This document shows positions 52,848-64,000 of a stretch of DNA of 64,000 nt, one piece after another. Each line of letters starts with the position of its first letter. Within the stretch, counting starts at the first letter, position 1. The notes under the pieces were generated by a model, which was given only the letters and a program-made list of their open reading frames with translations, was not told the DNA's origin and made no database searches. This DNA is from Schizochytrium sp. TIO01 (taxonomy: Eukaryota > Protista > Bigyra: Labyrinthulomycetes): positions 1,836,436-1,900,435 of the forward strand of contig SMSO01000031.1 in assembly GCA_004764695.1 (NCBI GenBank), given 5' to 3'. Position numbers and translations under genes: made by a program.

Positions 52848-55800
52848 ATGCGCCGAGGTGACTGTGCAGGCAAACTATATGTGCGCATCCTCGGCGGGTA
52901 TCTTAATGACACAAATGAAGATCTGCGATCGATCGATTGCTGTGTGGAGCTTGAAGATCAAATGGTACCAGCAACTCTATCTGGCAGAAAGCTTACTGAC
53001 ACACAAGTACCTTGGCGTCAAGAACACCTTTATTTAAAATCTGAAGCCACACATGGACCAGACCGATGGTGGTTTGGGAGCTTGGCAAGCTCATGTGAAG
53101 CAGGCGCAACCTGTGCTGACCCATCAAGATGCTCAAAGTGTACACAGACTTTCTCGGTTCCCGCAACAAATGCGTCTTCGGAGGCACCTAAATCAAACAC
53201 CAAGAGTAAGGGTGGGGCATTAGTGAAGGAAAATCTCCTGGTCCGTATTGTACGAAAAAACCAAGAGTTCTGGCGCACAGGACACAAGTCAGGTAGCGGC
53301 GAATCTCTACAAGGTCCTTCCGAACAAAGTGATGATAATCATATGCAAAACATTGATTTAGTATTCTGCGCACGAGAGTACGGACTAGATGTTAACGATT
53401 TTTTCGGGCGGCTACCAGTTACTTTCCGAATTTGGCAGGAGGGAACCAAGGTTCATGCAAACGAGCCTTATGGTGCGGGCGACCGTCTGTTATTGCGAAA
53501 TAGAGACTCGAGCAAGGGAATCAAACTATCAACTCACAAGAGGAAGACCTCAGAAGACCTCTTGTCAACGAATTTGCTTCTAGGGTCTGGCTCTGCGCGG
53601 TTGGCTGGTGATTCTCTCTCCATGGACTTATCACCAGCATCTTCCTCCCGGTCTTCGTCTCGCTCTACAAATACTTGTGAACGCCGTCTACAGGTAGTGC
53701 GATTGACCGGGGCAGATGGAGGTGTAGCAGGCTGTCTCCTTGTAGACATGCAGTTTGTGCCAATGCGTTCGAAAGACCAAGGTCCTGGGATTAAATTGCA
53801 CCGTGTGATCGAAATGGGTCAAGTGAAGTTGGTCGAGATGATGCTTGGAGCTCTTCGCCGTAAAGCGCAAGCCCTGGCCTTAACTTGGCGGGACCCAGAT
53901 TACGATAATATGAATACGTACGAGCTTGCAGCGCGCAGAGGCCAGACGCGTGTCTTGCAAACTCTTCTTGATAGTACGAACTCAAGTGCGTGGAATTCGT
54001 GGATTAATTCAACCCCAAAGGCTGGCCTCACTGCCCTACATATGGCAGTCCTGGGCAACAGTGCAATGGCCGCGCAGTCGCTTTTGGACCATGCTCGTAA
54101 GCAAGAATTGACTTCTAGCTTGTTTGACTCAGGTACCTTTGACTCTTTCTCAGAGACATTCGGCTTGGAAAGGCATCGTAATTTGACTTCAAATATCACC
54201 TCTCCAATGTTGAACGCCAAGGATGAGAATGGCCGAACCCCGTTTGCACTTGCCTGTACGCTCCAGCAACCTGAGGATCCGATGCTTGTAGTCCTGAGCT
54301 TGGCTCAACTTGGTGCTGATGTTGCAGCAGTAGATAACGAAGGAAACACGCCACTAATGTTGGCTATTCAGGCAGACCAAACGGATGTTGCCTGTGCCCT
54401 TCTAGACATGACGGAGGAAGGTCCACCCGGTGTGACAATCAGTAGAGCATGCCCCAATATGGCTAACCTCCAGGGAATGCAGCCACTACACGTGGCAGCT
54501 GAGAAGGGCAACCTTGTTGTCGTCAAGGCGTTGCTAGAGGCAGGCGCCCTGGCAGCCCGTCGTACGAGCACTGGATCAACGCCGTTACACTTTGCCGTGC
54601 GCAATGGCCATTTGGAGGTTGCTAAAGCCTTGATTGAGTGGCCTGCAATATATGCCCAACGTGAAGACGATCGATATGAGCAAGACCAACAGGAACGCCG
54701 AAGTCTTTTTAATACACGCAGGTCTTCATCTGCAACAGATACCCAAGATTCCACCATTCAAGCTCAGATTGATGCCGATGCTTCGTTAGCAGCGGTAGTC
54801 GCTGCAATGGAACAAAATAACTTTTCGCGTTTCCCAGGCTACTATGATGTGAATGGCTTCGAAAGTGGTGCCACTAGTGGTGCAAATACATTTGGTCAGA
54901 GTGCATATGCTCGTTTGATGCGGCAACGCCATGAACCTTTTTCTGTGTCTGATATGCCACCATCTCCAGATGACCCAAGGATGCATGCTCGCTTTGGAAG
55001 CGAGAACATGACAGCCATTGCACAGGATGATTCAGGCAGCAGGTTTCAGACGTTACGGCGTGCCAAGAACCGTTTTTCTCAGTTGTTAGGTCGGATTCGT
55101 CAGCGCAAAGCAAAATACCCTGAGCAATCCGTGAGTGCTGATCCAAACAGCTTTGTCAATACGCAAGGGGTTACAAATTTGAATAATCTCCCAGATAATC
55201 TCCGTGAGGATCATGTGAATCGTGCAGATGATCGCAATGCCTCTAACAGCCCTCACGTTTCGGAAATTCCGCGAGGTGCTTCAGATATTCCCTCTCCAGC
55301 TGTGGCAGGTAATCTGATTGAGACTGTGCTGCTGGGCACAAACACCAATGATATCACATCAGATCAACACGACTCTGATGCTGACACTGTGATCGAGGTA
55401 GATGATGATAATGCTGCTTCTGGAGATGAGGAAGATGGTGGCAATGGGGAGTTCCAACGCTATCGAAGCAATGCAAGGAATGGTCTTGGAATCTCCGCGG
55501 GGGAAGAGGAAGATTCCAATAGTGTTACTGATATGAACGGCGAGGATTTGCTTTCTCCTGCCTTGGCACGTCCAGACACATTTGGAGGAGTTGCCAACAT
55601 CAAAGAGGAAAGCGTCAGATTTATGGGAATCAGTCGACAAGAGGCGTTGGCTCATCGTGACCCTGGACTCGAAAGTGTTGAGTGGTCAACTTGGCTTACA
55701 CCTCTTCAAATTGCAGAACAAGCAGGTCACAGTGATGTTTACAAATACCTCACTGAGCTGATTATGGATAGCCATGCACGTAATAATACTAGTACGGGTG

Positions 55801-55861
55801 CTTCGTCTCCGCCTGATGCTCTAAAGGAAGAGCCAAGCCCTGTACCAACGTTAGATCGAGA

Positions 55862-55892
<31 letters not shown>

Positions 55893-56282
55893 AGTGCCGA
55901 TGAAGACTTTGAAAATGATGGTGGGAGTGAATTAGAAGAAAATAAGAATGAAGAGGTACAACAAGGGCACACTCTAGTAGATGGCAATAAAAGCAGGAAC
56001 AGGTATGAAAGCACTGGCATGGAGAACAACAAAACCGGCCTTTTAAGTCATAAAGAGGAAAGTGAGACTACTGTCACAGCCGACCAAGGTCCGAGCATTT
56101 CAATGAAAGCGGGGCCTGAACATAACTTAAAGGTAATCACAAAGAAGTTTGCAGCCAATGAAGCTGATAGTGATGATGGTTATCAATCAGATAATAGCTC
56201 TCTCGTGGCTGGTCCAATTGAGACAGAAATTGGCACCGATGAATACTATGATTATCCTTTCATTGATGCAGATGCTAGGTAA
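52848..56282 (+). CDS. Ankyrin-repeat protein with N-terminal C2-like domain and acidic disordered tail
   Basis: Ankyrin motifs GLTALHMA, GRTPFALA, GNTPLMLA, GMQPLHVA, GSTPLHFA and LTPLQIA. GKLYVRILGG..CCVEL and GCLLVDMQF resemble C2 strands. Confidence 0.85.
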
Positions 56283-56747
56283 GCTTCAGTTATTACATCA
56301 GTTTGACTTTGAGACGACAACAACGAGACGTCTTTATTTCCCTCCAGAAACATGAAAACGGCACCAGCAACAGTGGCGGCAACAAGAGAAAAAAACAAAG
56401 ATGAACGGGTAGCAGCGCATTGAAGTGGGCAAGTTGGAAAGAATATGGCATGCCATTCTGGTGCTCCTTCTTACACTCAGCTATTGTAGAGGCCCTTGTC
56501 GGCGCCTTTCTCTGATAATGTATACATACAAAAAAAATAACTATCAATTTCATGTAGTTTGTCTATCTCTACATTATATTCCTTCGGTTTAGTAGCTTTG
56601 CTTTGTCAACTGAGCTGAACCTCTCTACATATGTGTATAAATGTATATATATCTAAAATGTTTATTCACATGGGAGGACATGTTGAAATGATCAAGATGA
56701 CACGCTTTCAGTCACCCTTCAACGGACGGCCGTCTCACAATGGGCTC

Positions 56748-57306
56748 TTACCTTGTTCTGCTAACCAGGGCATCAAGGTGGATGTCGAATAAGTCACATT
56801 TGATTACTTGGTCGAGTTCGTAGAACGGGTTTTTGAGAACATAGTCCGCATAGAGTTCATAAACACTCCGCAGGAAGGTTTCAAGATCTTTGGCTCCAGG
56901 ATCAGCAGTTACGAAAAATTTAATACCGGTCAAAGTTTGAAAGCAGTGGAGGCAAAATGAATCTGCCTGCAGCACCTCAATACCGCTAGACCCAGGCACC
57001 GGCGAGATCTGTGCTGCAATTGCGTACAGCGAGTGGAAGGTTGAGGCAAGACGCAGCGTGTCGTTTCCGCCGAGTCTTGATGTGGCCGAAAACGACTGTT
57101 CATTTTTAATCAATTTCCGCAAATAAACCTCAGGAAAGCGGTTTTGAGAACAGTAACAATATGTCATTGTGAGGACAGAAAGCAGAATAGCGTCAGGTAA
57201 TTTGTTACAGGCAACAATAAAGCAAGACTGAAGATACACTTCATCAACCTACCTTGTGAAACACCAATCCTCCTGCCTTGTTGACAATAAAGAGGTTCAA
57301 AAGCAT
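56748..57306 (-). CDS. TRAPPC4: TRAPP subunit Trs23/TRAPPC4, 2 exons: complement(join(56748..57095,57253..57306)), 133 aa
   Basis: Exon 1 MLLNLFIVNKAGGLVFHK then donor GTAGGT; acceptor AACAG; exon 2 has LRLASTFHSL, FQTLTGIKF and YADYVLKNPFY. Confidence 0.95.
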
Positions 57307-57986
57307 CGTTTCCTACGCTAGTTGGATCTCTGTCGCAGCAGAGGCTGTCTACTTTTGTGCTCTTCCACGTTTTTGCTCGACGCCAAGGTCAGATCGCTAC
57401 GGAGGCTGCTACTGACGATCCACTATGCACAAATCGTATACTTCAGACTTTCGTGCTAACCCGAGCAGGCTATACACGAACGAGACTTTGCCACAAATGG
57501 GTCTTTGGTACAGCCCCTTTAATTGTATTCGCGAGCTGGCTTCGAGAGCGCCAGCGCCAGCTGAGTAGACGGCAAATATAGAGTTTGGTGGTAAAGTAAT
57601 CGATGATAATATTAATCTTTCAATCTGTAGGTTATTGTTCTCAATGTTCCACGACTATACTCTCTTGGAATCAAGGTAAGATTATGGGTTAACTTGGAAT
57701 ACGTGCTGCCTATTGAGGCGTTACGACCGATGATAAGTATTCGCAGCAACTGCTAGTGCACTTGCCTGGTTGAGCATAAATGTAGTCGAGAATTCTCAAA
57801 ACTTCAGATCATAAGTGGTGTAGTAATATTTTTCTATTGGTGTAAATTCTAGTGATAGTCGCAACGCGACTAAAAATTTTAATATTGATAATGCAGCGCA
57901 GCTCACAAAGACAAATGCGTGCTGCGCGAAATGTGAAAATTGGCCTTGCAAGCTCATGATTAGATTAGAGAGGAGCTCTCATTTAC

Positions 57987-60956
57987 TTACTTGGAAGCAA
58001 AGGCTTTGGCAAACTCAGGGACAGGGGTCTTGCAATCAATGGGCTCTTTCTTAGGAAGGTGGATTTTGTACGCATATGCGTGAAGGTCAAGTCCTTCAGT
58101 GCTCATTTGGATGGGCTTAAAGGCAACGTTGAGACCCTGAGTGCAGGCGACACAGAGTGCCTTAGCGGCAGCATCACGGAACTTATCCTCGTCGTCTTCC
58201 ATCACCTCGATGTTCTGAAGGTCCTTCACAACATTCGCATCAGGGTCGGCTTGGTCAGCGCGAATCAAGGTAAGGTTACCGTCTTTGCCGTAGTTCGGGT
58301 CGTTACAGATGGGGTGTCCAAGAAGTGCAAGGTGAAGACGAAGCTGATGAGTGCGTCCAGTAGCAGGCTCGCACTGAAGCAAAGTAGAGTCGGAGGCCTC
58401 ATCGTAGCCCAAAACACGAAATCGGCTCAGCGAAGGTTTCGCGTCCTCAGGGCAGCTTGCGATATCCTCAGGCTTGACATATTCCCAAACTCCGTTGCCA
58501 GCATCAGCGCAACGCAGCGGCCAGCTAACCTCGACAACGTCGGAGTTGCGTCCAGGGAGATCTTCAAGATCAAGGAGATCAACCTCCTCAGACTTGCGAA
58601 TGTACACGCCAGGTGCCGGAAGATCCATGGCGGTAAGGTACTTATCAGCCTCTCCACCCTCGAGACCTGACTTCGAGGATCCCTCGGGTTTCTTTCCGAC
58701 TTCTTCAGCCTTCTCAATCGCAGCCTTCGCAGCTTCAAGATCTCCAAGCTTAGCTACATGAGCCTGAATAGATTCTTGATCTTGCGGAAACCTGCCATGG
58801 ACTCGAGCAAGATAAGCCTTTTGAATCTTACCAGCAGAACTTGCATCTTTAGACTCTTTGTTGCGACGCATCATGGCATCGGAGACCTCAGCTGCAGTTT
58901 CGCGGTTCTTGCAGATGATAACGAGGCCGGAGGTGACGCGGTCGAGGCGGTGGGCAGGGTACAGGTCGGTGAGGTTGCGCTCGGTAGCGAGGATGAATGT
59001 AAGTGAGTTACGGCGGAAGGATCCCGACGGGTGAACACTGACAGATGCAGGTTTATTCACAAAGACAAATTCATCGTTCTCCATAATGATCATATCGTTT
59101 GCAGAGAGGTACTGGACATCCGGCTCGTGGCGGTGAACGCAGTTGTCGATACGGTCCTTGCTCTTAAGTTCGTAATCCGGTGTCACCTTCTCGCCGTTGA
59201 CACGGATAAGGCCGAACTCGATGGCTTTCTTGTAGTACTCAACAGGATGGGTTGAGAACTCTGCTGAGTAAACATCAAGGAGTTTGCGTCCAAGCCAGCG
59301 TTGTTTGGTGTGGGTATGGTACTCATACAAGTAAGGCTTCACGTGGCGCAAAGTCTTGCCAGTCTTAGGGTCCTCCACCTTTTCGTATTCAACGTCAGCA
59401 AACTCGCTCTGAGTTTCTGTACGGAATCGTTTGGTATTTTTGTCATTCGCAGAAGTCGTGCCATTATCCACAGTATCGTTCTCCTCGCGAGACCTCTTGG
59501 TGTTGCCAGCCTTACGCTGGCGAGCAATCTTGCGAACAGTTTCCTCAAAGTCAGGCTCATTCATCTGCTCCAGAGAGCGATACGGGTTCTCGTACTTTTC
59601 ACTCTGGAAGCCAGTGCACTTACCATCACAGAGGATGTCCACGTCGCTAAAACTGCGTCCCATAGACTCCAAAAGGTCCACAGGGCCGAGCAATCCACAC
59701 GAGCGGCACCTTGGGTTTGTGTTCCACTTTGCACGCTGTTTTTGCTTACGCTTGTTGAGCTTTTCTGCGGCAGCAATAGATGCTTTGTCTGTGAGTTCCG
59801 GAGCGGCAGCGGCTTCAGCAGCTTCACGAGCTTTGCGGTCCTCCTTGAATTTCTTTGTGCGATCCATGTTGCGACGAATGGAACGGCGAATGTTGGAACC
59901 AACAAGGCACTCGTCCCAGCACTTTTGCATGTTCTCTACGATCTTATCAAGCTCCTCGTCGGAGAACTTGTCCAGAAATGGTTCGTAGGCACCCTGGAGA
60001 AACTTGTGCCTGTCACAGTAATACACGCCCATAAGTTTGGCTCGGCAATCATTACAGACCAGAATTGTGCAACGGCATACAGCACAGACGCGATCTTTAC
60101 TGATATCTTCGGTGAGACCTTCGCAGTTAAAGCACTTGCCGACCACAACAGCTCCTTCGGGTTTCTGCAAGGCTCTTGAGTCGAAGACGAAGTTGCTGCC
60201 CTTAAAGTATCCGTTTGAGCCAAACTCCTCGAGGTATCTGTGAATTCCTCCACTCAACTGGCTCACATCTTCGCAGCCCTTATCGCGAAGGTAAGCGGAT
60301 GCCTTTTCACAGCGGATTCCACCTGTGCAGTACATGAGGACCTTTTTGTCCTTCCAGCTGCCTACATTTTTGGCGGCGTATTCTGGGACCCATTGAGCAT
60401 AGGTGTGCGTGCACGGGTTAATAGCCTCTTGCTTGCCATCGGGGGCCATGAAGCGTCCAGTCTTAAACTCACAGTCGTTCCGAACGTCAAGTACGATGAG
60501 TTCCTTGTCGCCTTCCTTAGTTTCGGACTCCCAGTACTTTTTCAGAGTCTCGTGAAAGTCCTTGGGGGAGAGATGAACACCACCTTTACCAGCGTCAATG
60601 AGCTCTTTGGGAATCATGTGGCCCGTGGAGCAGATCTCGGACTTGATCTTGATGACCATGTCAGGAAAGGGCTGGAGTTCGGATGTGTCGAGTTTAAAGT
60701 CGATCTCCTTACCCTTGAACGGCTCAAGGTCCATGAGTCCTTTGCAGAACTCTTCGACACCTTCAGGTCCCTTGCTGGCCAGGTTGCCATTGATGCCTTC
60801 GCTGGCAAGGAGCACACGACCCGACAAATTCAGGCGCTCAGCAGTGTCCTTGATCCATTCTTGCACGGTTTCGAGTTGGGACTTGCCGTCTTTGCCTGTG
60901 CCAGCCTCCTTGCTGATATCCACGTACTTGTAGAACAAGAGGATTGTGTACGACAT
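57987..60956 (-). CDS. Fusion of a TrhO/YceA/TSTD2-type rhodanese protein with an S4-RluA family (Pus8/Pus9/RPUSD2-like) pseudouridine synthase
   Basis: ILLFYKYV, GRVLLASEGING, LDVRN, MYCTGGIRCEKAS and FKGSNFVFDSR; then KPYLYEY..KQRWLGR, HRHEP, VNKPASVSVHPSG, HRLDRVTSG and TGRTHQLRLHL, all in one uninterrupted 989-aa ORF. Confidence 0.92.
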   Translation of the reverse strand: MSYTILLFYKYVDISKEAGTGKDGKSQLETVQEWIKDTAERLNLSGRVLLASEGINGNLASKGPEGVEEFCKGLMDLEPFKGKEIDFKLDTSELQPFPDMVIKIKSEICSTGHMIPKELIDAGKGGVHLSPKDFHETLKKYWESETKEGDKELIVLDVRNDCEFKTGRFMAPDGKQEAINPCTHTYAQWVPEYAAKNVGSWKDKKVLMYCTGGIRCEKASAYLRDKGCEDVSQLSGGIHRYLEEFGSNGYFKGSNFVFDSRALQKPEGAVVVGKCFNCEGLTEDISKDRVCAVCRCTILVCNDCRAKLMGVYYCDRHKFLQGAYEPFLDKFSDEELDKIVENMQKCWDECLVGSNIRRSIRRNMDRTKKFKEDRKAREAAEAAAAPELTDKASIAAAEKLNKRKQKQRAKWNTNPRCRSCGLLGPVDLLESMGRSFSDVDILCDGKCTGFQSEKYENPYRSLEQMNEPDFEETVRKIARQRKAGNTKRSREENDTVDNGTTSANDKNTKRFRTETQSEFADVEYEKVEDPKTGKTLRHVKPYLYEYHTHTKQRWLGRKLLDVYSAEFSTHPVEYYKKAIEFGLIRVNGEKVTPDYELKSKDRIDNCVHRHEPDVQYLSANDMIIMENDEFVFVNKPASVSVHPSGSFRRNSLTFILATERNLTDLYPAHRLDRVTSGLVIICKNRETAAEVSDAMMRRNKESKDASSAGKIQKAYLARVHGRFPQDQESIQAHVAKLGDLEAAKAAIEKAEEVGKKPEGSSKSGLEGGEADKYLTAMDLPAPGVYIRKSEEVDLLDLEDLPGRNSDVVEVSWPLRCADAGNGVWEYVKPEDIASCPEDAKPSLSRFRVLGYDEASDSTLLQCEPATGRTHQLRLHLALLGHPICNDPNYGKDGNLTLIRADQADPDANVVKDLQNIEVMEDDEDKFRDAAAKALCVACTQGLNVAFKPIQMSTEGLDLHAYAYKIHLPKKEPIDCKTPVPEFAKAFASK

Positions 60957-61994
60957 GATTGCGATTTCGTGATGTATAAGTCGCCGATCGCAAGTCGCTC
61001 TTGAGTTCTCCTCCTAATCCAGTCAGGCAAGAGCACTTTCGCCTCGCCCAAGAAGTTCTTTTGGGTCTGCTTGGACTGCCTTTTATCGTAGCAGTATTAC
61101 TGCTCTCTTAATATTCCTTCTTTGCCAGCGCGTAGCCAACCACTGCGTCCTTACCAACCGAAGCTTCAAAAACTCCGCCGTCTTGACGTCTTTCGCGCCC
61201 AAACCAAGGCAGGCCCTTCCGCCTGTGCCTGCTCCAGACTCCCGTGGTCTGCCCGCCAGGATGCACGCTCCTGGCCGAGACCTTTGGCGTGGCAATGCTG
61301 TTTTGACTTGGAGCAGGACCACCTGCTGGTGGCCACGCGAATTGCTATTTCATTTCTTGTTAAACACTCTCACTAACATATAGAAAGAAAGAAGGCCATA
61401 CTAGGCCCATTACAATTGCTGCAATTGTACAGGGTGCGCGCTGTATAACCTACTATATGCAGGCGTATAACCCACTTGTCTCAAGGCTATACTCTACAGT
61501 ATGAGCCCATTAAACTGACTTCCAAGGGATATATATACATGCCCATGTAGTGTTGCTACGCTTAGTAGTGCCTAGTAGATAGCAAAAGGTACCTAGGTAT
61601 CATGGTAGTAAGTGCCTAGGTAGAGGTCGTCTTAGTACTAGTACTAGCAGCAAGGGGTACTATTAGGCCTTTTAAAGCTTTCTCTCCGAGTGATCAAAGG
61701 GGCCTAATCTACAGTGGCGGCGATGGGAAAAAACCAAACTTCAGGTCATGATCCGATAAAAGGTGCTTGAGCAGGAGTCGCTCAGTACAAGTGCTGGTGT
61801 AATTCAAAAGGGAAATTTGGTGGCGCTTAAGGGCGCAAATTTTAAGGATATGGTTGGCTGTTGTTAAAATTTTGGTGCTATGCCAGTTCGAATGCAGAAA
61901 GATTAGAATTGCCACATCTCCTTGTGCAAATGATTAAATTTCACATAACTTCGGTACCGGACTTCTTTAGCGATTCCCCTGCTACACATACCCC

Positions 61995-61997
61995 AAA

Positions 61998-62048
<51 letters not shown>

Positions 62049-62050
62049 AT
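61995..62050. repeat. (AAAT)14 microsatellite
   Basis: Read directly. Confidence 0.95.
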
Positions 62051-62569
62051 ACATGCGGAAAGTAAACCTCAAGTTTGGTGAAGTCATGATTTATTTCTTT
62101 AGTGCGAGTGCGAATGTTCTGTCCCATGACATCGATGATGATAATGATGATGATTTTCCAGGCTCCATCCATCAAGTTGTCGTTGTGTGTAACGTTTATT
62201 TTCTGCCAGAGTATACTTTACATGACGGTACTATTAATGCTATGCTTGAATGATTTAAAAGCCTAAAGTTTTGTCTATTCCAGTGGATGTAATTTCCAAT
62301 GTAATATTCTTCACGTTAGCTTTTCTTATTTTTTTATCTTATTTTTTTTACAAACCTTTATCATCTTATTATGTTTCTTTGCTAAGCGCAAATTGAAATT
62401 CTTCGCCTAGAAGAACGCTGATCGTTTTTTTTTGTTTTGGAATGATAATAGTTTATCTTTCTTCACGCTGGTCGTTATTCGCTCAATGAAGATTATACTC
62501 TAGCAGACGAGAATTTCATGTTTATTTCTATACATACATATATAGAGAGAGAGATATCAAAGAAGGTTT

Positions 62570-62665
62570 AGAAAAGAAAAGAAAAGAAAAGAAAAGAAAA
62601 GAAAAGAAAAGAAAAGAAAAGAAAAGAAAAGAAAAGAAAAGAAAAGAAAAGAAAAGAAAAGAAAA
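62570..62665. repeat. (GAAAA)n microsatellite, ~19 units
   Basis: Read directly. Confidence 0.95.
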
Positions 62666-63799
62666 GAGAAGAGAAGACACATTGTAATGTGCAAAGACAT
62701 TCAACATTTTCAAAGCCGTATCATGGTAAATATACGATTTTTATTTTTAAAATGTTATTATTTAAAAAAAAAAAGAAAAAAAAAAAGGAGAACATAGTTA
62801 TTTGTTTTATAATTTTTATCTATATTTATTTAAAACTAAACTATAATAATAATAAAACTAAATTAGAAACATCATCCCTCATTAGAGTTTCTAGGTGCCT
62901 ACCTACACACAAACACGTAGGCAGAATACATTATAGAGCATGATTTGTTTATTGCTTGCAGCCTCTAGAGGTATCGTATCCAACTATTACCCCAGGAGTT
63001 AGTTAACCGTGTAGTCTATCTATCTAAAACTAATAATAACCAAATGGTGCGCCTAAGCGAGGGTAGTCTCATACTAGCTAGCTATTGCCTCTATGTGGAT
63101 ACAATGTTTGACTTCAGTTTATCATGCATAACATTGGCTCTACAAATTACAATCCTTCAGCCACTCGCTCTGCCGGTGCCTGCAACTGGTTTCATCTCCA
63201 GTCAATTAAAAACTGCCGTTTCTCAACCTCAGGGAGCCTCTTGACAGGGCTCTGACCTGCTTCAAGCTAGAGTCTACCCAGCTGTGTACGGAGACATTGC
63301 AAAATTGCAAAGCCGTCCACATTACCCGGAAAGAAAAGAAAGAACAGAATGCGAACAAGTTACGAAGAACAGCAGTTTATTGTCAACATAGGTTAATACA
63401 GCATATGAGCGCTTGCCTTCTTTACATCCGCCCTGGCCAGACAGCCAACTTATGCATCATGTCAACCCCAAGGTCTGTTAATTAGAAATGCATGACTTGT
63501 TCTATTATTACGATTATTTTCCTACTTTTAAGTTTTTATAAATATACAATTTCTTTTCGAGGTACTAGTCGGGCTATTCTTGATGCTGTAGTAGTTTTAT
63601 GTCTTGTAAGTATTTTATTACTATAGGTAGGTTGGTTCTTTGTTTCTTTACTTATTTATTTCTTCATTTCTTCACTCATTTCTTCATTCATTTCTTCATT
63701 CTATACACTATAGGGGTATGTAGGATATAAAGAGATACTTAAATATACTAAAAACACTACCTGTACCTACCTAAAACTGCCTCCGTTTTAAAAGTCTAC

Positions 63800-63869
63800 T
63801 TATTATTATTATGATTATGATTATTATGATTATGATTATTATGATTATGATTATGATTATTATTATTAT
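63800..63869. repeat. Compound (ATT)/(ATTATG) microsatellite
   Basis: Read directly. Confidence 0.93.
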
Positions 63870-64000
63870 CAAATAGTAAAAATAGACTTCAAAATAGGCT
63901 GATTTTAGAGAATGGAGATGAAAAGCGCCAAGATGTTTATCGTCTCTCCCAGGAAGCTTGCACATTCTACGACACAAATGCGCAGTGTGCCTGCCCGATC

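Noticed and set aside
57096-57239. N-terminal extension of the 163-aa TRAPPC4 ORF
   Set aside because: It lies in the intron; the real conserved N-terminus is the exon at 57253-57306.
58059-61004. Long antisense ORFs (203, 292, 185 and 254 aa) opposite the TrhO-pseudouridine synthase gene
   Set aside because: Shadow frames expected from strong codon bias on the coding strand; no motifs.
61400-64000. Short ORFs at the right end (FIYL, FFSFL and poly-I repeats)
   Set aside because: Translations of microsatellites in AT-rich non-coding DNA.
1-64000. tRNA, rRNA, telomeric repeats or an intact transposon
   Set aside because: None recognised by eye; a tRNAscan/Rfam/repeat-library scan would be needed to exclude them.

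Overview
Gene-dense eukaryotic nuclear DNA. Most genes are intronless and three have GT-AG introns. Gene content and style suggest a flagellated stramenopile such as a thraustochytrid (inference only). The first ~8 kb and last ~3 kb are gene-poor and microsatellite-rich. Between them lie about 20 protein genes: a JmjC/zinc-finger protein, MFAP1, peptide deformylase, a dynamin-like GTPase, MKKS/BBS6, EXO84, CTC1, nucleoredoxin, a NOXRED1-like protein, a PMP34 carrier, a BTB-Tubby protein, a cytochrome b5-acyl-CoA dehydrogenase, an RGS-repeat protein, APC2, a glutaredoxin-membrane protein, a Baeyer-Villiger monooxygenase, an NDK-like protein, a C2-ankyrin protein, TRAPPC4 and a TrhO-pseudouridine synthase fusion. 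The top finding is a hidden selenoprotein. The 176-aa ORF at 45845 continues through an in-frame TGA (46373-46375) into a further hydrophobic helix ending at TAG 46513, and a canonical-looking type II SECIS lies at 46769-46834. This gives a glutaredoxin-fold plus membrane selenocysteine domain protein. Other notable items are the TrhO/TSTD2-RluA tRNA-modification fusion, a catalytically dead JmjC joined to a 4CXXC-type zinc finger, a BTB-Tubby fusion, and a J-like/dynamin/repeat protein with a frameshifted tail. All family assignments come from motif recognition by eye, not database searches.
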